DNA of 64,000 nucleotides, taken from an uncultured Pseudomonadota bacterium (GTDB lineage Bacteria > Pseudomonadota > Gammaproteobacteria > CAJXQU01). Position 1 is the first letter of the stretch. The number at the start of each line of letters is the position of its first letter. A program made the position numbers and the translations under genes. The notes beneath the pieces were generated by a model. It was not told the DNA's origin. It saw only the letters and a list, made by a program, of their open reading frames with translations, and ran no database searches. Below, piece after piece: positions 29,620 to 39,617 of this stretch. The stretch lies in assembly GCA_913058255.1 (NCBI GenBank), contig CAJXQU010000002.1, positions 169,352-233,351 on the forward strand, given 5' to 3'.

Positions 29620-30966
29620 ATGAATTCTATTAAAGGTACTGGCGAGATCTATTCTGTTTCGCAGCTCAATAGCGAAGTTAAATCGGTTATCGAAGGAAAT
29701 TTTCCAATGGTTTGGGTTGAAGGAGAGATTTCTAATCTCGCACAACCCGCATCAGGGCATATTTATTTCTCACTAAAAGATGCTAAAGCTCAAGTGCGTT
29801 GCGCGATGTTTCGCATGCGTAGAAGTATGCTTAATTTTCAGCCTGAAAACGGTATGCAAATCATGATCTACGCCAGAGTTGGGCTTTATGAAGGGCGCGG
29901 CGAATATCAGCTGGTGGCTGAGCGTATGGAACCATCAGGTGAGGGCGCTCTGCAACTAGCTTTCGAACAGTTAAAAACGAAGTTAGATAGTGAGGGATTA
30001 TTTGATCCGGCGACTAAGCAAGCACTGCCTGCATTTCCGAAGACTGTTGGTATTGTCACATCGCCAACAGGCGCTGCCATTAAGGATATTCTCAGCGTTC
30101 TGGAGCGACGCTTTCCTGCACTTGAAGTCATTATTTACCCAACCTTAGTTCAGGGTGACACGGCTTCACATTCGATCGCTCGAATGATTATGTTGGCCAC
30201 TGAACGTCAGGAGTGCGATGTTTTGATCGTTACGCGTGGCGGCGGATCATTAGAAGACTTATGGTCTTTCAATGAAGAAGTGGTTGCGAGAGCGATTGTT
30301 GATTGTGATATTCCAGTAGTCTCAGGTGTCGGACATGAGATCGATTTCACTATCGCTGACTTTGTTGCCGATCTGCGGGCGCCAACCCCTTCGGCTGCAG
30401 CAGAGTTGATCAGCCAAGATCAGGTTAAAATTCGTCAGAATATTGAGGGGTTTCAGATCTGGATGCACGATCAAATCAAACAACAGCTCAAGCATTTAAC
30501 TCAAATGGTTGCTTGGAATGAGAAACGCTTGGTCGATCCGCGTCGCCGTTTAGAAGAACATGCTCAACGATTAGATGATCTTGTCGTGAGGATGAATGCA
30601 ACGATACGGTCGGAACTTGATCAGCGTCGTGTTGGCTTGAGTCTCTTGATGGCGGATCTAAAGCAACACTCACCAGACAAGGTTATCACGATGAATACGG
30701 AACGTTGTCATCAGTATAGCGTCAGGATCAAGTCTGCTATGCAGCATCAGCTAGAAAAGCTATCGGCTAAATTAGGTGAAGCAGGCCGGACTTTAAATAC
30801 AGTTAGTCCTTTAGCGACCTTAGATCGAGGCTATTCGATACTACAAACCGATACAGAGCAGGTCGTCAGATCAATCAAAGATGTAAATAAAGGCGATAAA
30901 TTAACCGCTCGTCTACGCTCCGGCACACTAAAATGTACGATTAATGAGTGTATTGATTCTGAGTAA
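29620..30966 (+). CDS. xseA: Exodeoxyribonuclease VII large subunit
   Basis: WVEGEISN, RGGGSLEDLWSFN and GHEIDFT; divergent from guaB as usual. Confidence 0.97.
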   Translation: MNSIKGTGEIYSVSQLNSEVKSVIEGNFPMVWVEGEISNLAQPASGHIYFSLKDAKAQVRCAMFRMRRSMLNFQPENGMQIMIYARVGLYEGRGEYQLVAERMEPSGEGALQLAFEQLKTKLDSEGLFDPATKQALPAFPKTVGIVTSPTGAAIKDILSVLERRFPALEVIIYPTLVQGDTASHSIARMIMLATERQECDVLIVTRGGGSLEDLWSFNEEVVARAIVDCDIPVVSGVGHEIDFTIADFVADLRAPTPSAAAELISQDQVKIRQNIEGFQIWMHDQIKQQLKHLTQMVAWNEKRLVDPRRRLEEHAQRLDDLVVRMNATIRSELDQRRVGLSLLMADLKQHSPDKVITMNTERCHQYSVRIKSAMQHQLEKLSAKLGEAGRTLNTVSPLATLDRGYSILQTDTEQVVRSIKDVNKGDKLTARLRSGTLKCTINECIDSE

Positions 30967-31001
30967 CTAAACTTCACTAACATTTCACACTTCCTCACTC
31001 C

Positions 31002-31028
31002 TTGAGGATTTTAAATGTAAGCCGATAA
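31002..31028 (+). promoter_or_regulatory. sigma28-like promoter
   Basis: TTGAG-N14-GCCGATAA: perfect -10, degenerate -35, 25 bp upstream of the ATG. Confidence 0.55.
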
Positions 31029-31053
31029 AGTAGACTTAAAACTTCGATTCAGA

Positions 31054-31998
31054 ATGGACTCTGGTATGAGAAAGGTAATTATTGGTTGGTTGAGCTTAGT
31101 CATCAGTTTTTATAGTAGCGGCGGTTATGCGGAGCGAGCTTCATTAATCGTTGATATCCAAACAAATCAAGTGTTGTATGCACATAATGCAAATCTTCCG
31201 GCCTATCCGGCTTCATTAACGAAGTTGATGACGGTCTATCTGATTTTTGAGGCTATCGAAAACCAGAAACTTTCACTAACAGATCAGTTCATAGCTTCTA
31301 AAACCGCACAAGCGCAAATAGGGTCGCGACTAGGACTACGTGAAGGTGACGTGATTACAGTAAAAGAGTTAGTGTTGGCTTTGATCGTTCGTTCAGCCAA
31401 TGATGCCGCGATTGTCGCTGCTGAAGCGCTTGCGTCAACAGAAGCAGAATTTGTTAGGCAAATGAATTTTCGTACTCGTGTTTTGGGAATGAAAGATACA
31501 GTCTTTAAGAATGCTTCAGGTTTGCCTGACCCTGAACAGGTGACAACAGCGAGGGATTTAGCCGTTTTAGCGGTGGCTATTCAAAAACGATATCCACGTC
31601 ATTTTCATTTATTTTCCGTCAAAACTTTCAGTTATAAAAATCGAGATTACAAAACACATAATCATTTCACTAATAATTATGCTGGTGCTCATGGTTTGAA
31701 AACGGGCTTTACCTGTAATGCAGGCTATAATTTAGTGACACTTGTGCGACGTAATAAACAACAATTGATCGGTGTGGTATTAGGTGAGGAGTCCTCAAAA
31801 CAACGTGACATCTTGATGGCTTCTTTGATGGATAAGGCTTTGGAAAAGTCCATGAAAGTTGATAAAAATCTAACACTTGATCGACTTCGTTATCAGCAAC
31901 AATATGGTGCGGGGGGGAATGCAAACTTAACCGCAATAGCTATTTCTTGTGGTTCGAAGAGCTTCATTCGTAAACCTGTTCTAGCCAGCTCATCCTGA
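31054..31998 (+). CDS. D-alanyl-D-alanine carboxypeptidase family (peptidase S11)
   Basis: PASLTK (SxxK), SAN (SxN) and KTG motifs. Confidence 0.92.
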   Translation: MDSGMRKVIIGWLSLVISFYSSGGYAERASLIVDIQTNQVLYAHNANLPAYPASLTKLMTVYLIFEAIENQKLSLTDQFIASKTAQAQIGSRLGLREGDVITVKELVLALIVRSANDAAIVAAEALASTEAEFVRQMNFRTRVLGMKDTVFKNASGLPDPEQVTTARDLAVLAVAIQKRYPRHFHLFSVKTFSYKNRDYKTHNHFTNNYAGAHGLKTGFTCNAGYNLVTLVRRNKQQLIGVVLGEESSKQRDILMASLMDKALEKSMKVDKNLTLDRLRYQQQYGAGGNANLTAIAISCGSKSFIRKPVLASSS

Positions 31999-32063
31999 TA
32001 CAATCAATTAGAAAAACTAGTACTGATCATCTTACTTGAATATATATAAGCAATTGCTAAACT

Positions 32064-32510
32064 ATGTTTTCAATTATTAGGAGCAATTTTATGAAAAGCA
32101 TTTCCAAATTTCTTCAACTTGTCTTTCTAATAACAACTCTGTCATTAATGGCATGCTCTTCACCCGATCCTGACATTGACTCTGCAGGTGTTTTATCAAT
32201 AACCGCTGTTGATGCCGAGAAAAAATATACTCGCGAAGAAGCCGTTATAATCGATGTCCGTGAGAAAAGTGAATGGGACGAAAAACATATCCCAGGTGCG
32301 ATCCATATCCCGCTCGCGCAATTAAGTAATCGTATTGCTGAACTAGACCAATATAAAGCTTCGTCTATTATTATGCAGTGTCATAGTGGTATGCGTTCCG
32401 CTAAAGGCGCTGTGATTTTACACTCTGAAGGTTTTCAAAAAGTGTATAACATGGACGGTGGCATTTTAGCATGGGATGGCGCGGGTTTAGTAACCGAATC
32501 GGCGAGATAG
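32064..32510 (+). CDS. Rhodanese-like lipoprotein
   Basis: Lipobox LMAC, IDVRE, HIPGA, CHSGMRS and GGILAW. The start may be the ATG at 32091. Confidence 0.88.
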   Translation: MFSIIRSNFMKSISKFLQLVFLITTLSLMACSSPDPDIDSAGVLSITAVDAEKKYTREEAVIIDVREKSEWDEKHIPGAIHIPLAQLSNRIAELDQYKASSIIMQCHSGMRSAKGAVILHSEGFQKVYNMDGGILAWDGAGLVTESAR

Positions 32511-32580
32511 ATTTTCCTTTGCAAGACATAGCTGATCTATATGATAGATCAGTTGTGTCGTTTTATTTTTGCTCTTCAGG

Positions 32581-33621
32581 TTATGGGCTAGGGTTAGGAT
32601 ATTTTTGGTGAATGGCTTCTATTTCAGTCATCACCTCCTCACTTAGATCCAAATCAATACTGTTAATATCAGCTTTCAATTGATCCATCTTGGTTGCGCC
32701 GATAATCGTGCTCGTTACAAAGGGACGACTGTTTACGAACGCTAATGCCATTTGTGCTGGGTCGAGATCATGCTCTCTTGCCAGCTTTACGTAAGCTTCA
32801 GTCGCTTCTACTCCTTGCCCTTTCGTATAACGGCTATATTCTTGGTATAGCGTTAAGCGTGCGCCAGCGGGCATATTTCCTTCCAGATATTTTCCAGAAA
32901 GAACACCAAAACCAAGTGGAGAGTAAGCAAGCAAACCAACATTCTCACGGCAGGCGACCTCAGCTAGACCTACTTCAAAGCTACGGTTTAATAAACTGTA
33001 TGGGTTTTGGATACTAACCAGTCGTTCTTGTTGCTGCTTTTCAGCTACCTGAAGATAACGCATGGTTCCCCAAGGTGTTTCGTTAGAGACACCAATGTGA
33101 CGGATCTTCCCAGCTTTGACCAAATCAGACAGTGCATCTAATGTTTCTTCAATAGGCGTAATGTCATCATCCTGTTTATGAACATAACCTAGCTCACCAA
33201 AAAAATTAGCCGATCGATCTGGCCAATGCAGCTGATACAGATCGATATAATCGGTTTTAAGCCGTTTCAGACTTGTTTCAACCGCAGCAACAATATTGTC
33301 TCGATCGAGTCGGTTTTTACCATCACGGCAATATTTAACCCATTTACCACGACCGCAGACTTTAGTTGCGATGACTAATTGATCTCGATTTTTACGTTGT
33401 TGCATCCAATCGCCGATGATGATTTCTGTAGCACCTTGAGTTTTCGCTTGTGGTGGGATGGGGTACAGCTCAGCGGTATCTATGAAGTTAATACCAGATT
33501 CAATCGCGTAGTCTAGTTGTTCGAAGCCTTCTACAAGGGTATTTTGTTCCCCCCATGTCATGGTTCCTAGGCAAATTTTACTAACATCAATGTTTGTATT
33601 TCCAAGTTTGGTAAATTTCAT
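32581..33621 (-). CDS. tas: NADP(H)-dependent aldo-keto reductase (Tas-like)
   Basis: LGTMTWGEQN, DTAELY, DLYQLHWP and GVSNETPWG. Confidence 0.88.
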   Translation of the reverse strand: MKFTKLGNTNIDVSKICLGTMTWGEQNTLVEGFEQLDYAIESGINFIDTAELYPIPPQAKTQGATEIIIGDWMQQRKNRDQLVIATKVCGRGKWVKYCRDGKNRLDRDNIVAAVETSLKRLKTDYIDLYQLHWPDRSANFFGELGYVHKQDDDITPIEETLDALSDLVKAGKIRHIGVSNETPWGTMRYLQVAEKQQQERLVSIQNPYSLLNRSFEVGLAEVACRENVGLLAYSPLGFGVLSGKYLEGNMPAGARLTLYQEYSRYTKGQGVEATEAYVKLAREHDLDPAQMALAFVNSRPFVTSTIIGATKMDQLKADINSIDLDLSEEVMTEIEAIHQKYPNPSP

Positions 33622-33742
33622 AGCTTAAGCCCATTCTATTGTAGACAAGTTAAAGGTAGAGTATCGCACGATTCGTCATCTCGAAAAGAGCACAGTTAGT
33701 TCAAAAACCAACAAATACATTTTATGAGAGAATACTTGCATC

Positions 33743-34786
33743 ATGGCACAAAACGAAATTCAAATAACTCGACCAGATGACTTGCATTTACATGTGCGAA
33801 CAGGGGACGCTTTAAAAAGCGTCGTGCCAGATACTGCTAGACAGTTTGCGCGCGCGATTATCATGCCTAATCTGGAAACTCCGGTGACTTCAGTAGAGCA
33901 AGCCGGTAAATATCGACAAGAGATATTAGATGCTGTGCCTGAGGGAATTGATTTTGAACCGTTAATGACACTTTATCTAACGGATAATACCTCTGTGGAA
34001 ACGATCAAAGCCGCAAAAGACTCAGGGTTTATTCACGGATTGAAGCTCTACCCAGCAGGTGCAACAACCAACTCTGATGCTGGTGTGACAGATGTTCGAA
34101 ATGTTTATGATGTGTTAGAAACGATGCAGTTAGTCGATTTACCATTACTTGTACATGGGGAAGTGACGGATCCTGTCGTTGATGTTTTTGATCGTGAACG
34201 ACTTTTTATAAAAGAAATACTTGCTCCTTTAATCGAAAGGCTACCAAAACTTCGCATCGTGATGGAACATATCACAACAAGTGATGCTGTTGACTTCGTG
34301 ATGTCTGCATCTGATAAAATTGCAGCGACTATTACAGCTCATCATTTATTGATGAATCGTAATGCTATATTCACGGGTGGTGTCAGACCTCATCACTATT
34401 GTTTGCCCATTTTAAAACGTGAGGAACATCGACAAGCACTTGTCAAGGCGGCCACGAGCGGTAATCCAAAGTTTTTCTTAGGGACGGATAGTGCCCCACA
34501 TGCTCAAGGGGCTAAGGAGTCCGATTGTGGTTGTGCTGGAATGTATACTGCTTACAATGCTATGGAACTTTACACTGAAGTTTTTGATCTCAATAACAGC
34601 CTAGGCAAACTTGAAGGCTTCGCTAGTACCTATGGTGCTGCATTTTATCATTTGCCGCAGAGTACAGATTCTATTACTCTGCAACGACAAGATTGGAAAA
34701 TTCCAGCCTCGTTACCACTAGGTCAGGAAAAAGTAATCCCATTACGTGCAGGAGAAAGCTGTCATTGGACGCTAACGAACAAATAA
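33743..34786 (+). CDS. pyrC: Dihydroorotase
   Basis: DDLHLH, KLYPAGATTNS and FLGTDSAPH. Confidence 0.97.
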   Translation: MAQNEIQITRPDDLHLHVRTGDALKSVVPDTARQFARAIIMPNLETPVTSVEQAGKYRQEILDAVPEGIDFEPLMTLYLTDNTSVETIKAAKDSGFIHGLKLYPAGATTNSDAGVTDVRNVYDVLETMQLVDLPLLVHGEVTDPVVDVFDRERLFIKEILAPLIERLPKLRIVMEHITTSDAVDFVMSASDKIAATITAHHLLMNRNAIFTGGVRPHHYCLPILKREEHRQALVKAATSGNPKFFLGTDSAPHAQGAKESDCGCAGMYTAYNAMELYTEVFDLNNSLGKLEGFASTYGAAFYHLPQSTDSITLQRQDWKIPASLPLGQEKVIPLRAGESCHWTLTNK

Positions 34787-35424
34787 TCACTGAAAACAGT
34801 GATGAAAATGCAAACCTTATAAACTCTAGGTTTAGAGGTTTTTTACCGGTTGTTGTTGATGTAGAAACAGCAGGCTTTAATTCTGAAACTGACGCACTGC
34901 TTGAAGTAGCCGCCGTTATTTTGAGTTGTGATGAAGAGAAAGGTTGGCACCCAGTGCAAACGATCGCGAGCCATGTTGTGCCGTTTGAAGGCGCTAATAT
35001 TGAACAAGCAGCTTTAGATTTTACAGGAATTGATCCTTACCATCCTTTAAGACTTGCTTTAAAAGAATCAGAAGCATTAGGCAAAGTTTTTAAGCCTATT
35101 CGTAAAATGGTTGCTGATACCGGCTGCACTCGCGCGATCCTTGTCGGCCATAATGCCTCGTTTGACATTTCTTTTCTTAAAGCTGCAACAGTGCGTTGTG
35201 GGATAAAAAGAAACCCTTTTCATTCCTTTAGTACATTTGATACTGCTACGATGGCAGGCTTAGTTTACGGTCAAACGGTCTTAGCTAGAGCCATACAGGC
35301 AGCTGAAATTGATTGGGATGAAAAAGAAGCACATTCAGCCATTTATGATGCTGAGAAAACCGCCGATTTATTTTGCGGGATGGTTAACAAATGGGATTTT
35401 TTGACTCAACAAGCGACTAAATAA
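34765..35424 (+). CDS. rnt: Ribonuclease T
   Basis: RFRGFLPVVVDVETAGF and AHSAIYDAEKTA. Start placed at TTG 34765 behind GGAG; uncertain, overlaps the pyrC end. Confidence 0.93.
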   Translation: MDANEQIITENSDENANLINSRFRGFLPVVVDVETAGFNSETDALLEVAAVILSCDEEKGWHPVQTIASHVVPFEGANIEQAALDFTGIDPYHPLRLALKESEALGKVFKPIRKMVADTGCTRAILVGHNASFDISFLKAATVRCGIKRNPFHSFSTFDTATMAGLVYGQTVLARAIQAAEIDWDEKEAHSAIYDAEKTADLFCGMVNKWDFLTQQATK

Positions 35425-35865
35425 ACATATAATTTTGTGAAGTTTTGTAGTCATCCTTAAGTTAAAGCTATTCATAGAGTCAGATTTCTCATGAATTTAA
35501 TAGATGCAAACTTGATATTTCTTACGTGAAAGCACTTTTTCTCGAAATATTTAAATATGATGATTAACTGCTGCGAAAACTAAACTTTTTATATTGGTAC
35601 CGCTTGTTTATTTGCTAAAGGAAGTACTTTTTTTAACTTCTTTCATCAATAGTTATATTTGGCTCATAGTTTAAACCATAACTATATTAGGATAAATAGA
35701 ATTAGTCGTTAATATAAATCAGGTTAATAGAGTCACTTTTTCGCTCAACAAATGACTGATAAACATGAGGAATTGCTGATAGAAATAACCAGCTCTTTGA
35801 CTGTTTCATTTATTCTTATCGCGAGAATTTTTCAGATGATGAAAATAGTATAAAAAGACTAGTTT

Positions 35866-36612
35866 TTACTCTTTGTCATTTAGTATTTCAATGAGCAATA
35901 ATTTTACTTGTTCCATACCTTTCTTCAAGTGAAGTTCAATTTCCTTCATCGAAATTTCCTCTTGTCCCTTTTTGCCTGCGGCATGATTGGCTACGACTAC
36001 ACAAGTGGCATAAGCTAGCCCAGCCTCTCTGGCTAAAGCTGCTTCAGGCATACCTGTCATTCCAACGACATGGCAACCATCTCGCTCCATGCGGCTGATT
36101 TCGGCACTGGTTTCCAACCGAGGTCCTTGCGTTGCGCCATAAGTGCCGCCTTTAAAAATATTGATCTCAGCTTTTTTAGCCGCAAGAATGATCCGGTTAC
36201 GCAGATTTTTATCATATGGATGTGTGAAATCGATATGAACAACATTGCCTTCTGCGCCTTCACAAAAAGTGTTGTTTCGGCCCCATGTGTAATCGATAAT
36301 TTGATCTGGTATGGCTAGACGGGCAGGGTAGAGTTCTTTAGTAATACCTCCAACAGCCGCAATACTAATCACTTCTGATACGCCAATTTCTTTTAAAGCC
36401 CAAATGTTCGCTCGGTAGTTAATTTTATGGGGTGGGATAGTGTGGCCTGAACCATGTCTCGGTAAAAAAACAATTTCTTTATTATTGTATTCACCGAAAG
36501 TCAAAGGACCTGAAGGTTCACCGTAAGGTGTTCGCATAACACGCTTTTTAGTGATATTGATTCCCTCAAGCGTATTGAGCCCTGTTCCACCAATGATAGC
36601 AAGTTCGATCAT
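35866..36612 (-). CDS. S-methyl-5'-thioinosine phosphorylase (MTAP/PNP family)
   Basis: IIGGTG, PRHG..PPHKINYRAN, GPRLET, GMTGMPEA and VVANHA; adjacent to hpt as in Pseudomonas. Confidence 0.88.
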   Translation of the reverse strand: MIELAIIGGTGLNTLEGINITKKRVMRTPYGEPSGPLTFGEYNNKEIVFLPRHGSGHTIPPHKINYRANIWALKEIGVSEVISIAAVGGITKELYPARLAIPDQIIDYTWGRNNTFCEGAEGNVVHIDFTHPYDKNLRNRIILAAKKAEINIFKGGTYGATQGPRLETSAEISRMERDGCHVVGMTGMPEAALAREAGLAYATCVVVANHAAGKKGQEEISMKEIELHLKKGMEQVKLLLIEILNDKE

Positions 36613-36910
36613 AAGCTCTCTTCTTATCTATTTATTTTGATAAGATAGTGTAACGATTTCACAGACCTTTACTAGTTATTTTGATGTTAGACGAGTTTTA
36701 TACAAACTATTCAGTTCTAGGCTATTAACACTTATTCTTAGCAAGAGCTTATTCAATATTGGGTTCTAATTACATGTGATTTCATTTATAGATATATGGA
36801 CATTTATCGAGATAGGCGTAGCTTAAGAATGATGGTAAGAAAAACAACCTTATATTAAAGGTGCTGACCTGTATTTACTTTAAAAACAAGTGTCATATGC
36901 CATTAAGTTT

Positions 36911-37456
36911 TTATTTAATTTCAACGGCTGAAATATTTTCTAAATTCCTAAAATAGCCCTTGTAATCCATGCCACAACCTACGAGATATTTATCCGGTGC
37001 GACTAAGCCTGTGAAGTTAGCTTTTTTGACGCCTGCTTTAATCACTAAATTTTTTTCTATCAAGACGGCTGTTAGTGTTTCCTTTGCTTCCTCTCCCTTA
37101 CAATAGTCGATGATCGCTTCTAAGGTTAAACCTTCATCAAGAATATCATCGATAATTAAAACAGTTCTATTTTTCAGGTCGATTTCTGGTCGTTTAAGCC
37201 AGTGTAGATGGCCGCCACTTGTTTCTCCGCGATAACGTGTAGCATGAATGTAATCGAGTTCTAATGGGAAGTTTAAGCGTGGTAACAGCATACCTGTAGG
37301 AACGATCCCACCTATCACGGTACATAGAATAATAGGATTAGATTCTGAAAGTTCAAGGTTGATCCTTTCTGCCATTCTATCTATAGCAGATTCTACTTCC
37401 AGCTTAGAGAAAATTTCTTTTAAATTACTTTCTACTTGTCGAATGTGATCGATCAT
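36911..37456 (-). CDS. hpt: Hypoxanthine-guanine phosphoribosyltransferase
   Basis: HATRYRG, PRPP motif IIDDILDEGLT and GCGMDY. Confidence 0.88.
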   Translation of the reverse strand: MIDHIRQVESNLKEIFSKLEVESAIDRMAERINLELSESNPIILCTVIGGIVPTGMLLPRLNFPLELDYIHATRYRGETSGGHLHWLKRPEIDLKNRTVLIIDDILDEGLTLEAIIDYCKGEEAKETLTAVLIEKNLVIKAGVKKANFTGLVAPDKYLVGCGMDYKGYFRNLENISAVEIK

Positions 37457-37785
37457 TTTTTATTTTTTCTATTGTTTAGTGAATACTGTTTACCCGTAAA
37501 ATCTATTGCAAATTGCCGCGCAGATCGAAAGTTTCTATTTTCTGCTCGTCCAATAAAGACCTGCAATCGATTAATAAATATTTTGAATAAATAGTGGAAG
37601 GCCAGCCATAATAAAAATGCCTCATAATGTAGTTTACTCTCATACTTAGTTCAGCTTACAAAGATTTAAAACCTTGAAGTATTCAAAAGGTATTCTCATC
37701 GAACATAACGACAGCGGGTGACATACTCTAGTCAATTTAAATATTGGTGTGCTCAATCAAGAAGTTCTTCATCAGCCTCTCAGCA

Positions 37786-39135
37786 TTAATGAAACTTGAG
37801 TCGACGACGGGGTTTACGAGTCAGGCGATTTGCAACAGCATGTAACAAGGTGCCTGAATATCCATGCAGCGCAACAAGATGCATCTTGTAGAGCGATTTA
37901 TAGATAAGGCGAGCCATCAATCCCTCAAGCATAAGGGCCCCAGACCACTTACCGAGTAAATTACCCATAAGGTTACCAACCGTCGTGTAGGAACTCATAT
38001 TGACCAATGAACCATAGTCTACATATTTGTATTCTGGTAAAACTTCATCTATTAAACGATTTTGCATAGTTTTAACTAACATTGAAGCTTGTTGATGAGC
38101 GGATTGCGCACGCGGAGGCACCATAGTTTCAGAACCTCGTTCAGTAGGACATTGAGCGCAATCTCCAAAGGCAAAAATGTTTTCATCATTGGTCGTTTGC
38201 AGCGTTGATTTGACGACAAGTTGATTAATTCTATTTGTTTCGAGACCCTCGATTTTTTTCAAGAAGTCAGGTGCTTTTATACCAGCCGCCCAAACTTTGA
38301 TTTCCGAAGGAATGAATTGGCCCGCTTCTGTAAGAAAACCATCAGCTGTTGCTTCTGTTATTCGTTCATTGGTTCTGACGTCAACATTAATCTTGTGTAA
38401 CGCATCGACAGTTGCTTGTGAAAGTCGCTCAGGCAGGGCAGGTAAAACCTTATCAGCCGCCTCGATCAAAGAAATTTTTAAATCACGATCGGGATCAATA
38501 TTAGTTAGACCAAACGCAACAAGCTCACGTGTTGATTCATGTAGTTCAGCCGAGAGTTCTACGCCGGTAGCCCCCGCACCAGCAATAGCGACATGTAGCT
38601 GTCCTTCGCGTAATGGTTGTTGAGTTGTTTGCGCGCTGTAGCATTTTTTCAATAATAATGAATGAAATTTTTCAGCTTGTTCTCTAGTGTCTAGTGAAAA
38701 ACAATGTTCAGCTATACCTTTGATACCAAAGTCATTCGTCGTGCTACCAACGGCAATAATTAGCGTGTCATATTTAAAGCTACGGCGAGGAATAAACTCC
38801 ATACCTTCTTCATCGACAGTTGGGGCTAGACGTACTTCTTGATTCTCGCGATCGAGCCCATCCATTCGACCAAGGCGAAAACTAAAATTATGCCAGTTTG
38901 CTTGAGCTAGGTATTCTAGATCATCCGCATGAGAGTCCAGTGTTCCTGCGGCAATCTCATGGAGTAACGGCTTCCAGATATGTGTCAATGTCGCGTCAAT
39001 TAACATGATCTCAGCTTTCTTTTTTTTACCTAATTTATTACCGAGTCGAGTAGCTAGTTCGATGCCACCGGCACCGCCGCCGACGATGACAATTCTATGA
39101 GCGGTTGAGTTTTCGGGCATTATTGAACTTTCCAA
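37786..39135 (-). CDS. ndh: Type II NADH:quinone oxidoreductase
   Basis: GGGAGG, HIWKPLLHE, GAGATGVELSAEL and PPRAQSAHQ. Confidence 0.92.
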   Translation of the reverse strand: MESSIMPENSTAHRIVIVGGGAGGIELATRLGNKLGKKKKAEIMLIDATLTHIWKPLLHEIAAGTLDSHADDLEYLAQANWHNFSFRLGRMDGLDRENQEVRLAPTVDEEGMEFIPRRSFKYDTLIIAVGSTTNDFGIKGIAEHCFSLDTREQAEKFHSLLLKKCYSAQTTQQPLREGQLHVAIAGAGATGVELSAELHESTRELVAFGLTNIDPDRDLKISLIEAADKVLPALPERLSQATVDALHKINVDVRTNERITEATADGFLTEAGQFIPSEIKVWAAGIKAPDFLKKIEGLETNRINQLVVKSTLQTTNDENIFAFGDCAQCPTERGSETMVPPRAQSAHQQASMLVKTMQNRLIDEVLPEYKYVDYGSLVNMSSYTTVGNLMGNLLGKWSGALMLEGLMARLIYKSLYKMHLVALHGYSGTLLHAVANRLTRKPRRRLKFH

Positions 39136-39198
39136 ACAAAAGGCAGGCTATAATAACAGTATTATTAACCCGATAAAAATTAAGGTATTTGATTGATC

Positions 39199-39504
39199 AT
39201 GAATGAACAACAAAAATTAGAACTAGAAGCTGCTGCGTTTCGCCGTTTAGTCGAACACTTTAGAACACGAACAGACGTTCAGAATATCGATATGATGAAC
39301 TTAGCAGGATTTTGTCGAAACTGTTTATCTAAATGGTATATGGCTGCAGCAGAAGAACGTGATCTGGAGATGAATTATGATAATGCTAGAGAAGTTGTTT
39401 ACGGCATGCCTTATGATGAATGGAAAGATAAGTATCAAAAAGAGGCTTCAACTGATCAACTTAAGGCATTTGATACGTCGATTAAACAGCACGAAACTAA
39501 ATAA
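39199..39504 (+). CDS. DUF1244 family protein
   Basis: AAAFRRLVEH..DVQNIDMMNLAGFCRNCLSKW..YGMPY. Confidence 0.9.
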   Translation: MNEQQKLELEAAAFRRLVEHFRTRTDVQNIDMMNLAGFCRNCLSKWYMAAAEERDLEMNYDNAREVVYGMPYDEWKDKYQKEASTDQLKAFDTSIKQHETK

Positions 39505-39617
39505 TTGACATCTTTAAAGACCATGAGCTGTTCGATCCTGTTTAATCGGGTTACGTATAACTTAAATTCACACCTAAATCAGTTATTTGACCCAGTTTCA
39601 TATAAGAATAATATCAA

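Noticed and set aside
37503-37625. 40-codon minus-strand ORF upstream of hpt, where nagZ often lies
   Set aside because: No recognisable similarity to NagZ and no clear RBS.
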